A DNA stretch of 64,000 nt from an uncultured Bacillota bacterium (lineage in GTDB: Bacteria > Bacillota > Limnochordia > Limnochordales > ZCTH02-B6): positions 695-64,694 of the forward strand of contig CALJUZ010000106.1 in assembly GCA_937975235.1 (NCBI GenBank). Direction: 5' to 3'. The position numbers and the translations under genes were made by a program. Below, one piece after another: positions 53,226 through 62,153 of this stretch. The notes beneath the pieces are model-generated. The model was not told the DNA's origin. It searched no databases and worked only from the letters and a program-made list of their open reading frames with translations. Within the stretch, counting starts at the first letter, position 1. Each line of letters starts with the position of its first letter.

Positions 53226-54923
53226 TTGAAGCGTTCACTCAGCTGGCTTATGGCTGCGGCCCTCGTCCTGGCGTTCGGACTGGGCGCGCTGGCGCAGCCG
53301 TACGTCATGGAGGCGGAGACCATCGGGCAGTACGGCGGGGAAATCCGCATCGCCACGCTGGGCGACCCGCGGACGTTCAACCCGTATCTGGCCAAGGAGA
53401 CGTCTTCCACGGACGTCATTATCGGCCACATCTTCGAGCCCTTGATCGGCCGCAACGGCGTGACCACGGCCCACGAGCCCCGCCTGGCCAAGGCGTGGGA
53501 GTTCAGCGAGGACGGCACCGTCTGGACGTTCTACCTGCGTGAAGGCGTCTACTGGCACGACGGCGTCGAGTTCACGGCCGACGACGTCATCTTCACGCTG
53601 GATATCATCTACGATCCCGAGATCCCGAACAACTACCGGGACGGCATGCTGTATCCGGACCCGATCCAGTACCGCAAGATTGACCGCTACACGGTGGAGT
53701 TCACGTTCCCGATGGCTTTGGCCACCGCCATGGACGACGTGTCCTTCCCCATCATCCCCAAGCACATCCTGGAGCAGCCCTGGAAGGAAGGGCGCTTCAA
53801 CGAGATGTGGGGCGTGGACACGCCGCCGTGGGAGATCATCGGCACCGGCCCGTTCCAGATGGTCGAGTACCGGCCCAGCGAGCGCATCGTCATGACCCGC
53901 AACCCCAACTACTGGCGGGTCGACGCGGAGGGCAACCCGCTGCCGTACATCACGCGCTTCGTCATGTACATCGCGGGGAACCAGGACGCCATGCGCCTGA
54001 TGTTCGACAACCGTGAAACGAACATCTACGGCGTGCGGGGCACGGAAGTGGACGAGATGCAGGACAACGCGGAGCGCGGCGGCTACACTATCTACGAGGG
54101 CGGCCCGACCTTCAGCACGCTGTTCGTCGTGTTCAACCAGAACGAGCTGTTCGTGCCGTCGCCCAAGGTGGAATGGTTCCAGAACAAGCTGTTCCGCCAG
54201 GCCGTGGCCCACGCGGTGGACAAGCAGTCGCTAATCGACATCGTCTTCGGCGGCCGCGCCGTGCCGCAGTGGAGCCCGGTCAGCGCGCCCAACCGCCAGT
54301 TCCTCAAGGAAGACGTAAAGACGTATCCGTACGACCTGGAGGAATCCCGCCGTCTGCTGGCCGAGGCCGGCTTCACGTGGGGTCCCGACGGCAGGCTGTA
54401 CGACTGGAACGGCAACCACGTGGAGTTCACGCTGTCCACCAACGAAGGCAACCTGCAGCGTGAAACGTTCATGACGCTGCTGGCCGAGGACCTGACCGAG
54501 CTGGGCATGACCGTCCACACCAACCCGATGGACTTCAACCTGCTGGTGAACCAGCTGACGTCGGGCGAGAACTGGGACGCCATCATCATCGGCCTGACCG
54601 GCGGCGTCGACCCGGACGGCGGCAGCAACGTGTGGCAGAGCAGCGGCGGCCTGCACATGTGGAACATCGGGCGCGACGAACCCCAGACCGAGTGGGAGGC
54701 CCGCGTGGACGAGATCTTCGAGATCGGCCGCACCATCCTCGATCCGGAAGAGCGGGTCAAGGTGTACTACGAGTGGCAGGACATCATCGCGGAAGAAGTG
54801 CCGCTCATTTACGCCGTGACCCCGCTGGTCTACGCGGCGGCGCGCAACGAGATCAAGAACATCGAGTACACCGCCTACGGCGGCTCGCTGCACAACATCC
54901 ACGTGCTGTGGATTGACAACTAA
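53226..54923 (+). CDS. Family-5 ABC substrate-binding protein (peptide/nickel class), canonical domain order
   Basis: Signal peptide ALA/Q with no lipobox Cys; GGEIR..PRTFNP, WHDG, GTGPF, NYW, RQAVAHAVD, YDLEESRRLL. Confidence 0.93.
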   Translation: MKRSLSWLMAAALVLAFGLGALAQPYVMEAETIGQYGGEIRIATLGDPRTFNPYLAKETSSTDVIIGHIFEPLIGRNGVTTAHEPRLAKAWEFSEDGTVWTFYLREGVYWHDGVEFTADDVIFTLDIIYDPEIPNNYRDGMLYPDPIQYRKIDRYTVEFTFPMALATAMDDVSFPIIPKHILEQPWKEGRFNEMWGVDTPPWEIIGTGPFQMVEYRPSERIVMTRNPNYWRVDAEGNPLPYITRFVMYIAGNQDAMRLMFDNRETNIYGVRGTEVDEMQDNAERGGYTIYEGGPTFSTLFVVFNQNELFVPSPKVEWFQNKLFRQAVAHAVDKQSLIDIVFGGRAVPQWSPVSAPNRQFLKEDVKTYPYDLEESRRLLAEAGFTWGPDGRLYDWNGNHVEFTLSTNEGNLQRETFMTLLAEDLTELGMTVHTNPMDFNLLVNQLTSGENWDAIIIGLTGGVDPDGGSNVWQSSGGLHMWNIGRDEPQTEWEARVDEIFEIGRTILDPEERVKVYYEWQDIIAEEVPLIYAVTPLVYAAARNEIKNIEYTAYGGSLHNIHVLWIDN

Positions 54924-55004
54924 GCGCAGCCCAGGCGGCAAACGGGGTCGGACGGGGACGCGCTCCCCGTCCGGCCTATCCTTCTCGACGGAAAGAGGAT
55001 TGCG

Positions 55005-55991
55005 GTGCACGCGTTCATACTCCGGCGTCTTCTCAACATGATTCCGCTCTTGATCGGCATTTCGTTTCTGAGCTTTTCCATTATGTACATGGCGCCCGGC
55101 GACTTTCTCGGGGAGCTGCGCCTCAACCCGCAGATCTCCGCGGAAACCATCGAGATGATGCGGGCCCAGTACGGACTGGACAAGCCGTTTATCGTGCAGT
55201 ACTGGCTCTGGTTCAAAGAAGCGTTTCCGATGCCGGGCAACTGGAAGATCAACCTAGGCCGCTCGTTCCAGTACCACACGCCGGTGACCACCTTGATCGG
55301 CTTTTACGCGTTCAACACGTTGCTGCTGTCGCTGACCTCGGCCGTGTTGTCGTGGCTCATCGCCATTCCCATCGGCATCTACGCGGCCCGCAAACAGTAC
55401 AGCTTCGGCGACAAAGTGCTGACGACGCTGGCCTTTATGGGCGTCTCCATCCCCAACTTTTTCCTGGCCCTCATTATTTTGTACTTCGTGGTGCGCTGGG
55501 AACTGCCGCTGCCCATCGGCGGCGCCACCAGCCTGGGCTATGACGAGCTGACCCTTTGGCAGAAAATCGTCGACCGCGCGCACCACCTGATCATCCCCAC
55601 GCTGGTGCTGACCACGGGCAGCACCGCGGGGCTCATGCGCTACATGCGCAGCAACCTGCTGGACACCCTGCGCCAGGACTACGTGCGCACGGCGCGCGCG
55701 AAAGGGCTGTCCGAGCGGGTGGTCGTGTACAAGCACGCGCTGCGCAACGCCATCAATCCGCTCATCACGTTCTTCGGCTTTGAGATTGCCTCGCTGCTGA
55801 GCGGCGCGACGCTGACCGAGTTCGTCACCAGCTACCCGGGCCTCGGGCGGCTCCTGTACGGCGGCTTGCGGGCCAACGACTATCACCTGGTCCTGGGCGG
55901 CCTGATGGTCGGGTCCGTCATGCTGATGCTCGGCAACCTCATCGCCGACATTATGCTGGCGTGGGCGGACCCCCGCATCCGCTATCAGTAA
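55005..55991 (+). CDS. OppB/DppB-type permease
   Basis: MAPGD, YGLDKP, DYVRTARAKGL, HALRNA. Confidence 0.94.
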   Translation: MHAFILRRLLNMIPLLIGISFLSFSIMYMAPGDFLGELRLNPQISAETIEMMRAQYGLDKPFIVQYWLWFKEAFPMPGNWKINLGRSFQYHTPVTTLIGFYAFNTLLLSLTSAVLSWLIAIPIGIYAARKQYSFGDKVLTTLAFMGVSIPNFFLALIILYFVVRWELPLPIGGATSLGYDELTLWQKIVDRAHHLIIPTLVLTTGSTAGLMRYMRSNLLDTLRQDYVRTARAKGLSERVVVYKHALRNAINPLITFFGFEIASLLSGATLTEFVTSYPGLGRLLYGGLRANDYHLVLGGLMVGSVMLMLGNLIADIMLAWADPRIRYQ

Positions 55992-56017
55992 CGGGAGAGA
56001 GAGGACTGGTTGCGTCG

Positions 56018-57166
56018 ATGGCAACGACACCGACTGCACCAAGCCCCGGCGCTCCTCCGGCTCCGGCGAAGGCGGCCGAGGAGTACCGCGGCTTTTCGCT
56101 GACGGCGCTGGCGTGGCGGCGTTTTCGGCGGCACAAGCTGGCCATGTACGCGTCCGTGGTGCTCATCATCTTGTACGCGGCCGCCATCTTTTCGCCGTTT
56201 CTGGCGCCGTATTCGGAGACGCGCTCCAATCGGCAGAAGTACTTCCACCCGCCGACGAAAATCCACTTTTTTGACGAGAACGGCCGCCTGACGCGTCCGT
56301 ACGTGTACAACTACCGGCTGGTGGACGTGGGCCGGCGCATTTACGAGCCCGTCACCACGACGAAGTATCCAATCAAGTTCTTCGTCAAAGGCGAGTCGTA
56401 CAAGCTGTTCGGCTTGATCGAGTGGGACGTGCACCTCTACGGCGTCGACTCGCCGGCGGTCATCTATCCCCTGGGCGCGGATCACCTGGGCCGCGACATC
56501 GTGTCGCGCATGCTGCACGGCTCCCGCAAGTCGCTGTTCATCGTGATTCCGCTCATCGTCATTACCGTTTCCATCGGCCTGATGTACGGCGGCATTTCGG
56601 GCTACTTCGGCGGCCGCACGGACAACATCATGATGCGCATCGGCGAAGTGGTCATGGCCGTTCCGAGCTTTTACCTGCTCATCGCCCTCGCGGGCGTCAT
56701 GCGCGACGTGCCCGCGCAGCAGCGCTTCGCCGCGGTCATCGCGATCCTGGGCTTGGTCTCGTGGGCGGGCTTCGCCCGGGTGATCCGCGGCATGGTGCTG
56801 AGCCTCCGGCAGCAAGAGTTCGTCGAGGGCGCGCTGGCCATCGGCAATTCGCACCTGCGCACCATCGTGCGCCACATTTTGCCCAACACCATCTCCTACG
56901 TCGTCGTGTCCATCACGCTGCAAGTGCCGGGCTTCATCATCGCCGAGTCCAGCCTGAGCTTCCTGGGGCTGGGCGTGCAGGAGCCTTTTTCCAGCTGGGG
57001 CAACATGCTCAGCAACGCGACGGATTTGACCAACCTGACGCGCTATCCGTGGATGCTGGCCCCCGGCTTTCTCATTTTCATCACGGTCCTGGCCTGGAAC
57101 TACGTGGGCGACGGCGTGCGGGACGCGCTGGACCCGCGGGCGGTGACCAGCGGGGAGCCCAGGTAA
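56018..57166 (+). CDS. OppC/DppC-type permease
   Basis: PLGADHLGRD, RQQEFVEGA, RHILPN, ESSLSFLGLG, GDGVRDALDP. Confidence 0.94.
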   Translation: MATTPTAPSPGAPPAPAKAAEEYRGFSLTALAWRRFRRHKLAMYASVVLIILYAAAIFSPFLAPYSETRSNRQKYFHPPTKIHFFDENGRLTRPYVYNYRLVDVGRRIYEPVTTTKYPIKFFVKGESYKLFGLIEWDVHLYGVDSPAVIYPLGADHLGRDIVSRMLHGSRKSLFIVIPLIVITVSIGLMYGGISGYFGGRTDNIMMRIGEVVMAVPSFYLLIALAGVMRDVPAQQRFAAVIAILGLVSWAGFARVIRGMVLSLRQQEFVEGALAIGNSHLRTIVRHILPNTISYVVVSITLQVPGFIIAESSLSFLGLGVQEPFSSWGNMLSNATDLTNLTRYPWMLAPGFLIFITVLAWNYVGDGVRDALDPRAVTSGEPR

Positions 57167-57245
57167 GCCGGCGGCGGGCGGCCGGCCGCGCCCGGGGCGC
57201 CAGGGGATGCGGGGCGGCGGCCGTCCAATTTTTTCGCCGGGCATC

Positions 57246-57274
57246 TGGACACAATCGACAGATGGTGTTATAAT
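57246..57274 (+). promoter_or_regulatory. sigmaA promoter for tRNA-Ala
   Basis: TGGACA-N17-TATAAT with extended -10 TG. Confidence 0.8.
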
Positions 57275-57325
57275 GCATGGTGTGCCGGGCAAGCTTTGGC
57301 GCCCGGACGGCGACAACGGCATCCC

Positions 57326-57401
57326 GGGCCGGTAGCTCAGCTGGGAGAGCGCTGCGTTCGCAACGCAGAGGTCGGCGGTTCGAGCCCGCTCCGGTCCACC
57401 A
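57326..57401 (+). tRNA. tRNA-Ala(CGC)
   Basis: Anticodon arm CTGCG-TTCGCAA-CGCAG; G3:U70 pair; CCA end. Confidence 0.95.
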
Positions 57402-57405
57402 CGAA

Positions 57406-57447
57406 AACGCCCTCTGGAAGCCGGTTTCCAGAGGGCGTTGCTTTTTT
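57406..57447 (+). terminator. Intrinsic terminator after tRNA-Ala
   Basis: 14-bp perfect stem AACGCCCTCTGGAA/TTCCAGAGGGCGTT then GCTTTTTT. Confidence 0.85.
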
Positions 57448-57449
57448 CG

Positions 57450-57491
57450 TGAGGACCAAACCTCGAAATGAGGACCATTTGAGGACCATTT
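57450..57491. repeat. Triple direct repeat TGAGGACCA
   Basis: Copies at 57450, 57469 and 57480; the last two form a GAGGACCATTT tandem. Confidence 0.85.
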
Positions 57492-57883
57492 GCCAAACCG
57501 CCGGGACCGAAATGACTTACATTATGTAACCCCCAGAACTTTTGACCCACCGACGTTTTTTCTGTCTATTCGCCTTCAAGTCAGAAGCAAATAACATTTG
57601 TTCTTGCGACTTGCAACGGCTCCCAAAATGATATCATGGAGCTAATACGCTATGACACTTTTTTCTTCCGTGTCAAAAGAGGAATCGTGTTACCTTCAGC
57701 GAAGATACTTTCCCCAAGGTAGGTTATGTTTGTCACCTGCCGCATCGGATCCGGCTGCAGCCGGACGGGGGAGGGATGCCGGAAGCGACGGAGGACGACA
57801 CATGGCGCGGGCCTCGGCGTTGAGGCCAGGAAACGCAGTTTCAGTCGCAGCGTGACACGGAAGGACAGAGGAGGTTGTACGTT

Positions 57884-59590
57884 TTGCGCAAGTTGCTGAC
57901 CTTGACCCTGGCGCTGGCCGTTCTGGTCGCGGGCAACGCGCTGGTCTTCGCCCAGGAGGCCGACTGGGGCGTCCGGGGTCCCTACGTGGACGAAATTTTG
58001 CTGCCGATTATCGCCGACGACGAAGCGCAGCTTCTGGCTCTGCTGCGGGGCGACATCCACGTGCTGCCGGGCCGGGCCAATCCCGCGCACCTGGCGCGCC
58101 TGGAGGCCGAGCCCAACGTGGACGTGACGGTGTCGCCGGGCTTCCACATGTTCTACCTGGCGTTCAACATGCGGAAGGATCCCCTGGATGACATCGTGGT
58201 CCGGCGGGCCCTCGCGCACGTCATCGACCGCGACGAAATCATCTTCTCGCTCTTCCAGGGCTACATGCTGCCCTTGGCGGAGTTCGTGCCGCCGGCCTCG
58301 CCGTTCTTCAACCCGGACGTGGACGTGGCGGAGTACGACCCCGAGCTGGCCGCGCAGATTCTGGACGACGCGGGCTACGTCATGGGGCCCAACGGCATCC
58401 GCATCAACCCGCGCACGGGCCAGGAGCTGCGGCCGCTGGAGCTGCTGACGCCCACGGCGGAAGAAGCGCCCACGTCGGCCGAACTGGGCGTCATCATCGC
58501 CGAGGCGGCCCAGGCCATCGGCCTGCCGGTGGTCGCGACGCCCATGGACTTCAACGTTATCGTCGACCGCATCAGCAATGAGACGGAAGACGGCGGCCGC
58601 AACTTCGACATGTACGTGCTGGCGTGGAGCCTGAGCCGCTTCCCGACGCACCTGTACTCGCTGTTCCACTCCGACTTCGACGTGGACGGCGGCAACAACA
58701 ACCCGGGCATGCGTGACCCGCAGTACGACGCGGCGGCGGAGCGGGTGTTCCGGCCGCGCGACCTGGATGAGGCCTTCGAGGCCGCGTACGAGGCCCAGGA
58801 GATCATCCAGTGGGTGCAGCCCTACATCCCGCTGTACTCCCGTCCGTACTTCGACGCGTTCCGCTCGGACATCGTGACGGGCTACGTGCCGCACCTGGGC
58901 TACGGCGCCGCGAGCAACGTGAGCTCCAGCATCTGGACGCCCCTGAACATCCGCCTGGTGGATCAGGAGCGCGGCGGCACCGTCCGCTTCCTGCTGGACG
59001 TGGAGCCGGGCAACCTGAACGTGCTGGTGGGCACGTCCGCCTACGACAGCCGCGTGTTCGGCCTCGTCTACGGTCCGGGCCTGATCACGGCCGAGCCGTA
59101 CGAGAACCAGGACTTCCCGTGGGAAGCCACGCACTGGGAAGTGGACACGTGGATTACGCCCGAGGGCAACGAGGGCAGCAAGATCACGTACTATCTGCGC
59201 GACGACGTCACGTGGCATGACGGCGTGCCCTTCACGGCCCACGACGTCAAGTTCACCATGGACTACCTGAAGGAGCAGCGGGTGCCGAAGTACCAGACGG
59301 CGTGGATTGACTACAGCCATGCCGAGGTCATCGACGACTACACGGTGACCGTGTACTTCAACACCGTCAGCTACTGGCACACGTACAACGTGGCCGGATT
59401 CCTGGCCAAGCACATCTGGGAAAACGTGCCGGTGTACGACGAGTTCGAGCCGTGGAAGGAGCCCCATCCGACCGTTGAAGGCTTGACGATGATGATCGGC
59501 ACCGGGCCCTTCGTCTTCAAGGAGTACGTGCCGGGCGAATACGTTCGCGTCGTGCGCTACGAAGACTTCTGGGCGGGCCTGGACAAGTAG
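57884..59590 (+). CDS. Family-5 ABC substrate-binding protein with permuted domain order
   Basis: TTG after GGAGG; signal peptide VFA/Q without Cys; PYVDEI, RRALAHVIDR, YDPELAAQILDDAG come first, GGTV, WHDG, GTGPF, DFW come last. Confidence 0.88.
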   Translation: MRKLLTLTLALAVLVAGNALVFAQEADWGVRGPYVDEILLPIIADDEAQLLALLRGDIHVLPGRANPAHLARLEAEPNVDVTVSPGFHMFYLAFNMRKDPLDDIVVRRALAHVIDRDEIIFSLFQGYMLPLAEFVPPASPFFNPDVDVAEYDPELAAQILDDAGYVMGPNGIRINPRTGQELRPLELLTPTAEEAPTSAELGVIIAEAAQAIGLPVVATPMDFNVIVDRISNETEDGGRNFDMYVLAWSLSRFPTHLYSLFHSDFDVDGGNNNPGMRDPQYDAAAERVFRPRDLDEAFEAAYEAQEIIQWVQPYIPLYSRPYFDAFRSDIVTGYVPHLGYGAASNVSSSIWTPLNIRLVDQERGGTVRFLLDVEPGNLNVLVGTSAYDSRVFGLVYGPGLITAEPYENQDFPWEATHWEVDTWITPEGNEGSKITYYLRDDVTWHDGVPFTAHDVKFTMDYLKEQRVPKYQTAWIDYSHAEVIDDYTVTVYFNTVSYWHTYNVAGFLAKHIWENVPVYDEFEPWKEPHPTVEGLTMMIGTGPFVFKEYVPGEYVRVVRYEDFWAGLDK

Positions 59591-59749
59591 GGAGGCCGAG
59601 TCCGGGCCCGGGGGTTTGACCGGCCGCCGGTCCCGGACGACGCTTGGAGGATGAAGCAACGTTCCTGCGGGCGCCGGCCGGACAGCGGCGCCCGCAGGAG
59701 TTGTTGCGTCTAAGCGGACCTACGTTTGCGCAGGAAAGGTCGTGTTTTT

Positions 59750-60715
59750 ATGTCGGGGACCTACATATGGCGTCGCATCGGCTACGGGCTGATTACATTG
59801 TTCATTATCGTGACGCTGAATTTCGTCATTTTCCGCATTATGCCCGGCGACCCCACGTCGCTGGTGCTCAGCCCCGACTTTACGCCGGAAATGCGGCAGC
59901 TGCTTCTGGAAAAGTACGGACTGGACCAGCCGCTGCCGACCCAGTACGTACTGTACCTGAAAAGCATGCTTACCTTTGACTTCGGCCGCTCCTTCTACAA
60001 TCGCCAGCCCGTCCTCGAGGAGCTCCTGGCCCGTCTGCCCAACACGCTGATGCTTTTGGGAACGGCCTTTGTTCTGAACGTCTTTATCGGCGTCACCCTG
60101 GGCCTGCGCATGGCCACCAAGCAAGGCACGCGCCTGGAGGCGGCCGTCACCGGCGTCTCGCTGTTTCTCAACGCCATGCCGGGCTTTTTCATCGGTTTGC
60201 TCCTTTTGTTGGCGTTCGCGTACTACTGGCCGATTTTCCCCATCCGCGGGACCATGAGCGTGCCGCCGCCCACGGAGTTTTGGGACATTGTTCTTGACCG
60301 GATTCACCACTTCATCCTGCCCGTGGCCGCGGTGACGCTGAGCGGCTACGGCTCGTGGTATTTGTACACGCGCAACAACGTTATCGGCGCGCTGAGTCAG
60401 GACTACGTGCTCACCGCCCGGGCCAAGGGCCTGCCCGAGCAGGTCGTCTTGTACCGGCACGCGTTTCGCAGCGTCCTGCCGCCCATCGTGACGCTGGTGT
60501 TTTTGTCCCTGCCCGGGCTGATTACGGGCGCGGTCATCACGGAGCAGATTTTCTCGCTGTACGGCGTCGGGCGGTACCTGATCGAAGCCACGACCCAGCA
60601 GGACTATCCGGTGGTGCAGGGCGCGTTCTACATCATCGCGCTGGCCGTTCTAATCAGCAACATGCTGGCCGACCTGGCGTACGGTCTGGTCGACCCGCGC
60701 ATTCGACTGAGGTGA
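59750..60715 (+). CDS. OppB/DppB-type permease
   Basis: IMPGDP, YGLDQP, DYVLTARAKGL, DYPVVQG. Confidence 0.94.
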   Translation: MSGTYIWRRIGYGLITLFIIVTLNFVIFRIMPGDPTSLVLSPDFTPEMRQLLLEKYGLDQPLPTQYVLYLKSMLTFDFGRSFYNRQPVLEELLARLPNTLMLLGTAFVLNVFIGVTLGLRMATKQGTRLEAAVTGVSLFLNAMPGFFIGLLLLLAFAYYWPIFPIRGTMSVPPPTEFWDIVLDRIHHFILPVAAVTLSGYGSWYLYTRNNVIGALSQDYVLTARAKGLPEQVVLYRHAFRSVLPPIVTLVFLSLPGLITGAVITEQIFSLYGVGRYLIEATTQQDYPVVQGAFYIIALAVLISNMLADLAYGLVDPRIRLR

Positions 60716-60722
60716 GGCAGCC

Positions 60723-62144
60723 ATGAGCACGAACACACGGAAGCGCAAGAGCGCCCTGCGCGAAGTGTGGGACGAATACAAGCGCTCTCCCCAGGGCATG
60801 TTCGGCCTGGTCTTGTTTTTGATCTTTCTTTTCATCGGCGTCGGGGCGCCGCTTCTGACCCCGTACGATCCGCTGGAGGACCGGGGTCTGGCCGACAGCA
60901 TGGCCCGTCCCGCGTGGATGCGGTTCTTTCCCAAGTACCGCAACGCCCCGGTGACGGTGGACGCGCTGTCTTTGCGGGACTGGAACGTGACGGTGGAGGA
61001 GAACGTGCGCCTGGAGTGGGGCCAGCGGGGCGAGGAGGAAGTGTTGTTCGTCTCACCCGCGGGCCCTGGTCCCGCCCGGTTCGTCATGGAGTACTCCTTC
61101 GACTACCACTCCGATCCGCCGGACACCTTCATTTTGCAGGTGCCCTATTCCTTTGAAGGCGACACGGGCGTGACGGGGCGGGCCGCCATCGTGCTGGTGG
61201 ATCCCAGCGGCGACGAGTACCGCATGTGGGAGTCGCGCGTCATGCGCAATCAGGTCCGCTGGACGACCCAGCGGGTGGACTCCCGGGATATGCAGCTGAA
61301 AACGCGGCTGGGCTTCCGGCCGCTGGCCAACTTGGCCCACGAGCTCATCGACGAGAAGGGCGAGTACCGCTTCCTGCTGCAGTTTGAAATCGACGGCGCG
61401 GACGACGAGAAGGGCGCGACGGTCACCGTGGGCCAGAGCCGCTTCCGCATCCCGGGCCGGCTGCACGGGCCTCTGGGCACCGACCACCTAGGCGCGGATC
61501 TGTGGGCGCAGTTCGTCTACGGAACCCGCACGTCGCTCACCATCGGCTTTATCGTCGCGGCGCTGGCGGTGGTGGTGGGCACGCTGGTGGGCATCGTCAG
61601 CGGCTACTTCGGCGGCTGGGTGGACGAGCTGCTCATGCGGCTGGTGGACGTGCTCATCGCGATTCCGTTCCTGCCCATATTGATCGTGTTCGTCGCGGTG
61701 GTGGGCAAGAGCATCAGCACCTTGGTGGTCTTGGTCGCGATCTTCTCCTGGATGAGCATTGCGCGGCTGGTGCGCTCGCAGACGCTGACGCTGCGGGAGC
61801 GCACGTTCGTGGAGGCGGCCCGGGCCGCGGGCGCGGGACCGCGCTACATCATGAAAACCCACATTTTGCCCAACGTCCTGGGCTTGGTCTTCGCCGCGCT
61901 GGTGCTGCTCATCCCCAGCGCCATCGTCACCGAGGCGACGCTGAGCTTCCTGGGCTTCGGCGACCCGCGGGTGCCCACGTGGGGCCGCATGCTGCAAAAC
62001 GCCAAGTCTTTCGGCGCGTTCACGGAGCTCGCGTGGTGGTGGATTTTGCCGCCGGGCCTGGCTCTCACCATTTTGGCCATGGCCTTCGTATTCATCGGCA
62101 ACACGCTGGACGACATCCTCAACCGTCGCAGCAGCGAGAGGTAG
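60723..62144 (+). CDS. OppC/DppC-type permease with large extracytoplasmic insertion
   Basis: 473 aa; TM1, a soluble region of about 200 aa, then PLGTDHLGAD, ERTFVEAA, HILPN, ATLSFLGFG. Confidence 0.92.
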   Translation: MSTNTRKRKSALREVWDEYKRSPQGMFGLVLFLIFLFIGVGAPLLTPYDPLEDRGLADSMARPAWMRFFPKYRNAPVTVDALSLRDWNVTVEENVRLEWGQRGEEEVLFVSPAGPGPARFVMEYSFDYHSDPPDTFILQVPYSFEGDTGVTGRAAIVLVDPSGDEYRMWESRVMRNQVRWTTQRVDSRDMQLKTRLGFRPLANLAHELIDEKGEYRFLLQFEIDGADDEKGATVTVGQSRFRIPGRLHGPLGTDHLGADLWAQFVYGTRTSLTIGFIVAALAVVVGTLVGIVSGYFGGWVDELLMRLVDVLIAIPFLPILIVFVAVVGKSISTLVVLVAIFSWMSIARLVRSQTLTLRERTFVEAARAAGAGPRYIMKTHILPNVLGLVFAALVLLIPSAIVTEATLSFLGFGDPRVPTWGRMLQNAKSFGAFTELAWWWILPPGLALTILAMAFVFIGNTLDDILNRRSSER

Positions 62145-62153
62145 GGTTGCGTC

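Noticed and set aside
57505-57532. Possible dif (XerCD) site, since TTATGTAAC resembles the XerD arm
   Set aside because: The would-be XerC arm (GACCGAAATGA) and spacer do not match known dif sites; kept only as a palindrome.
57584-57603. LexA (SOS) box-like TAAC-ATTT-GTTC
   Set aside because: One mismatch in a short motif within AT-rich DNA, with no SOS gene adjacent.
57652-57855. 67-aa ORF from the track as a full protein
   Set aside because: No RBS at 57652 and it spans promoter-like AT-rich DNA; only the last 17 codons have a credible RBS.
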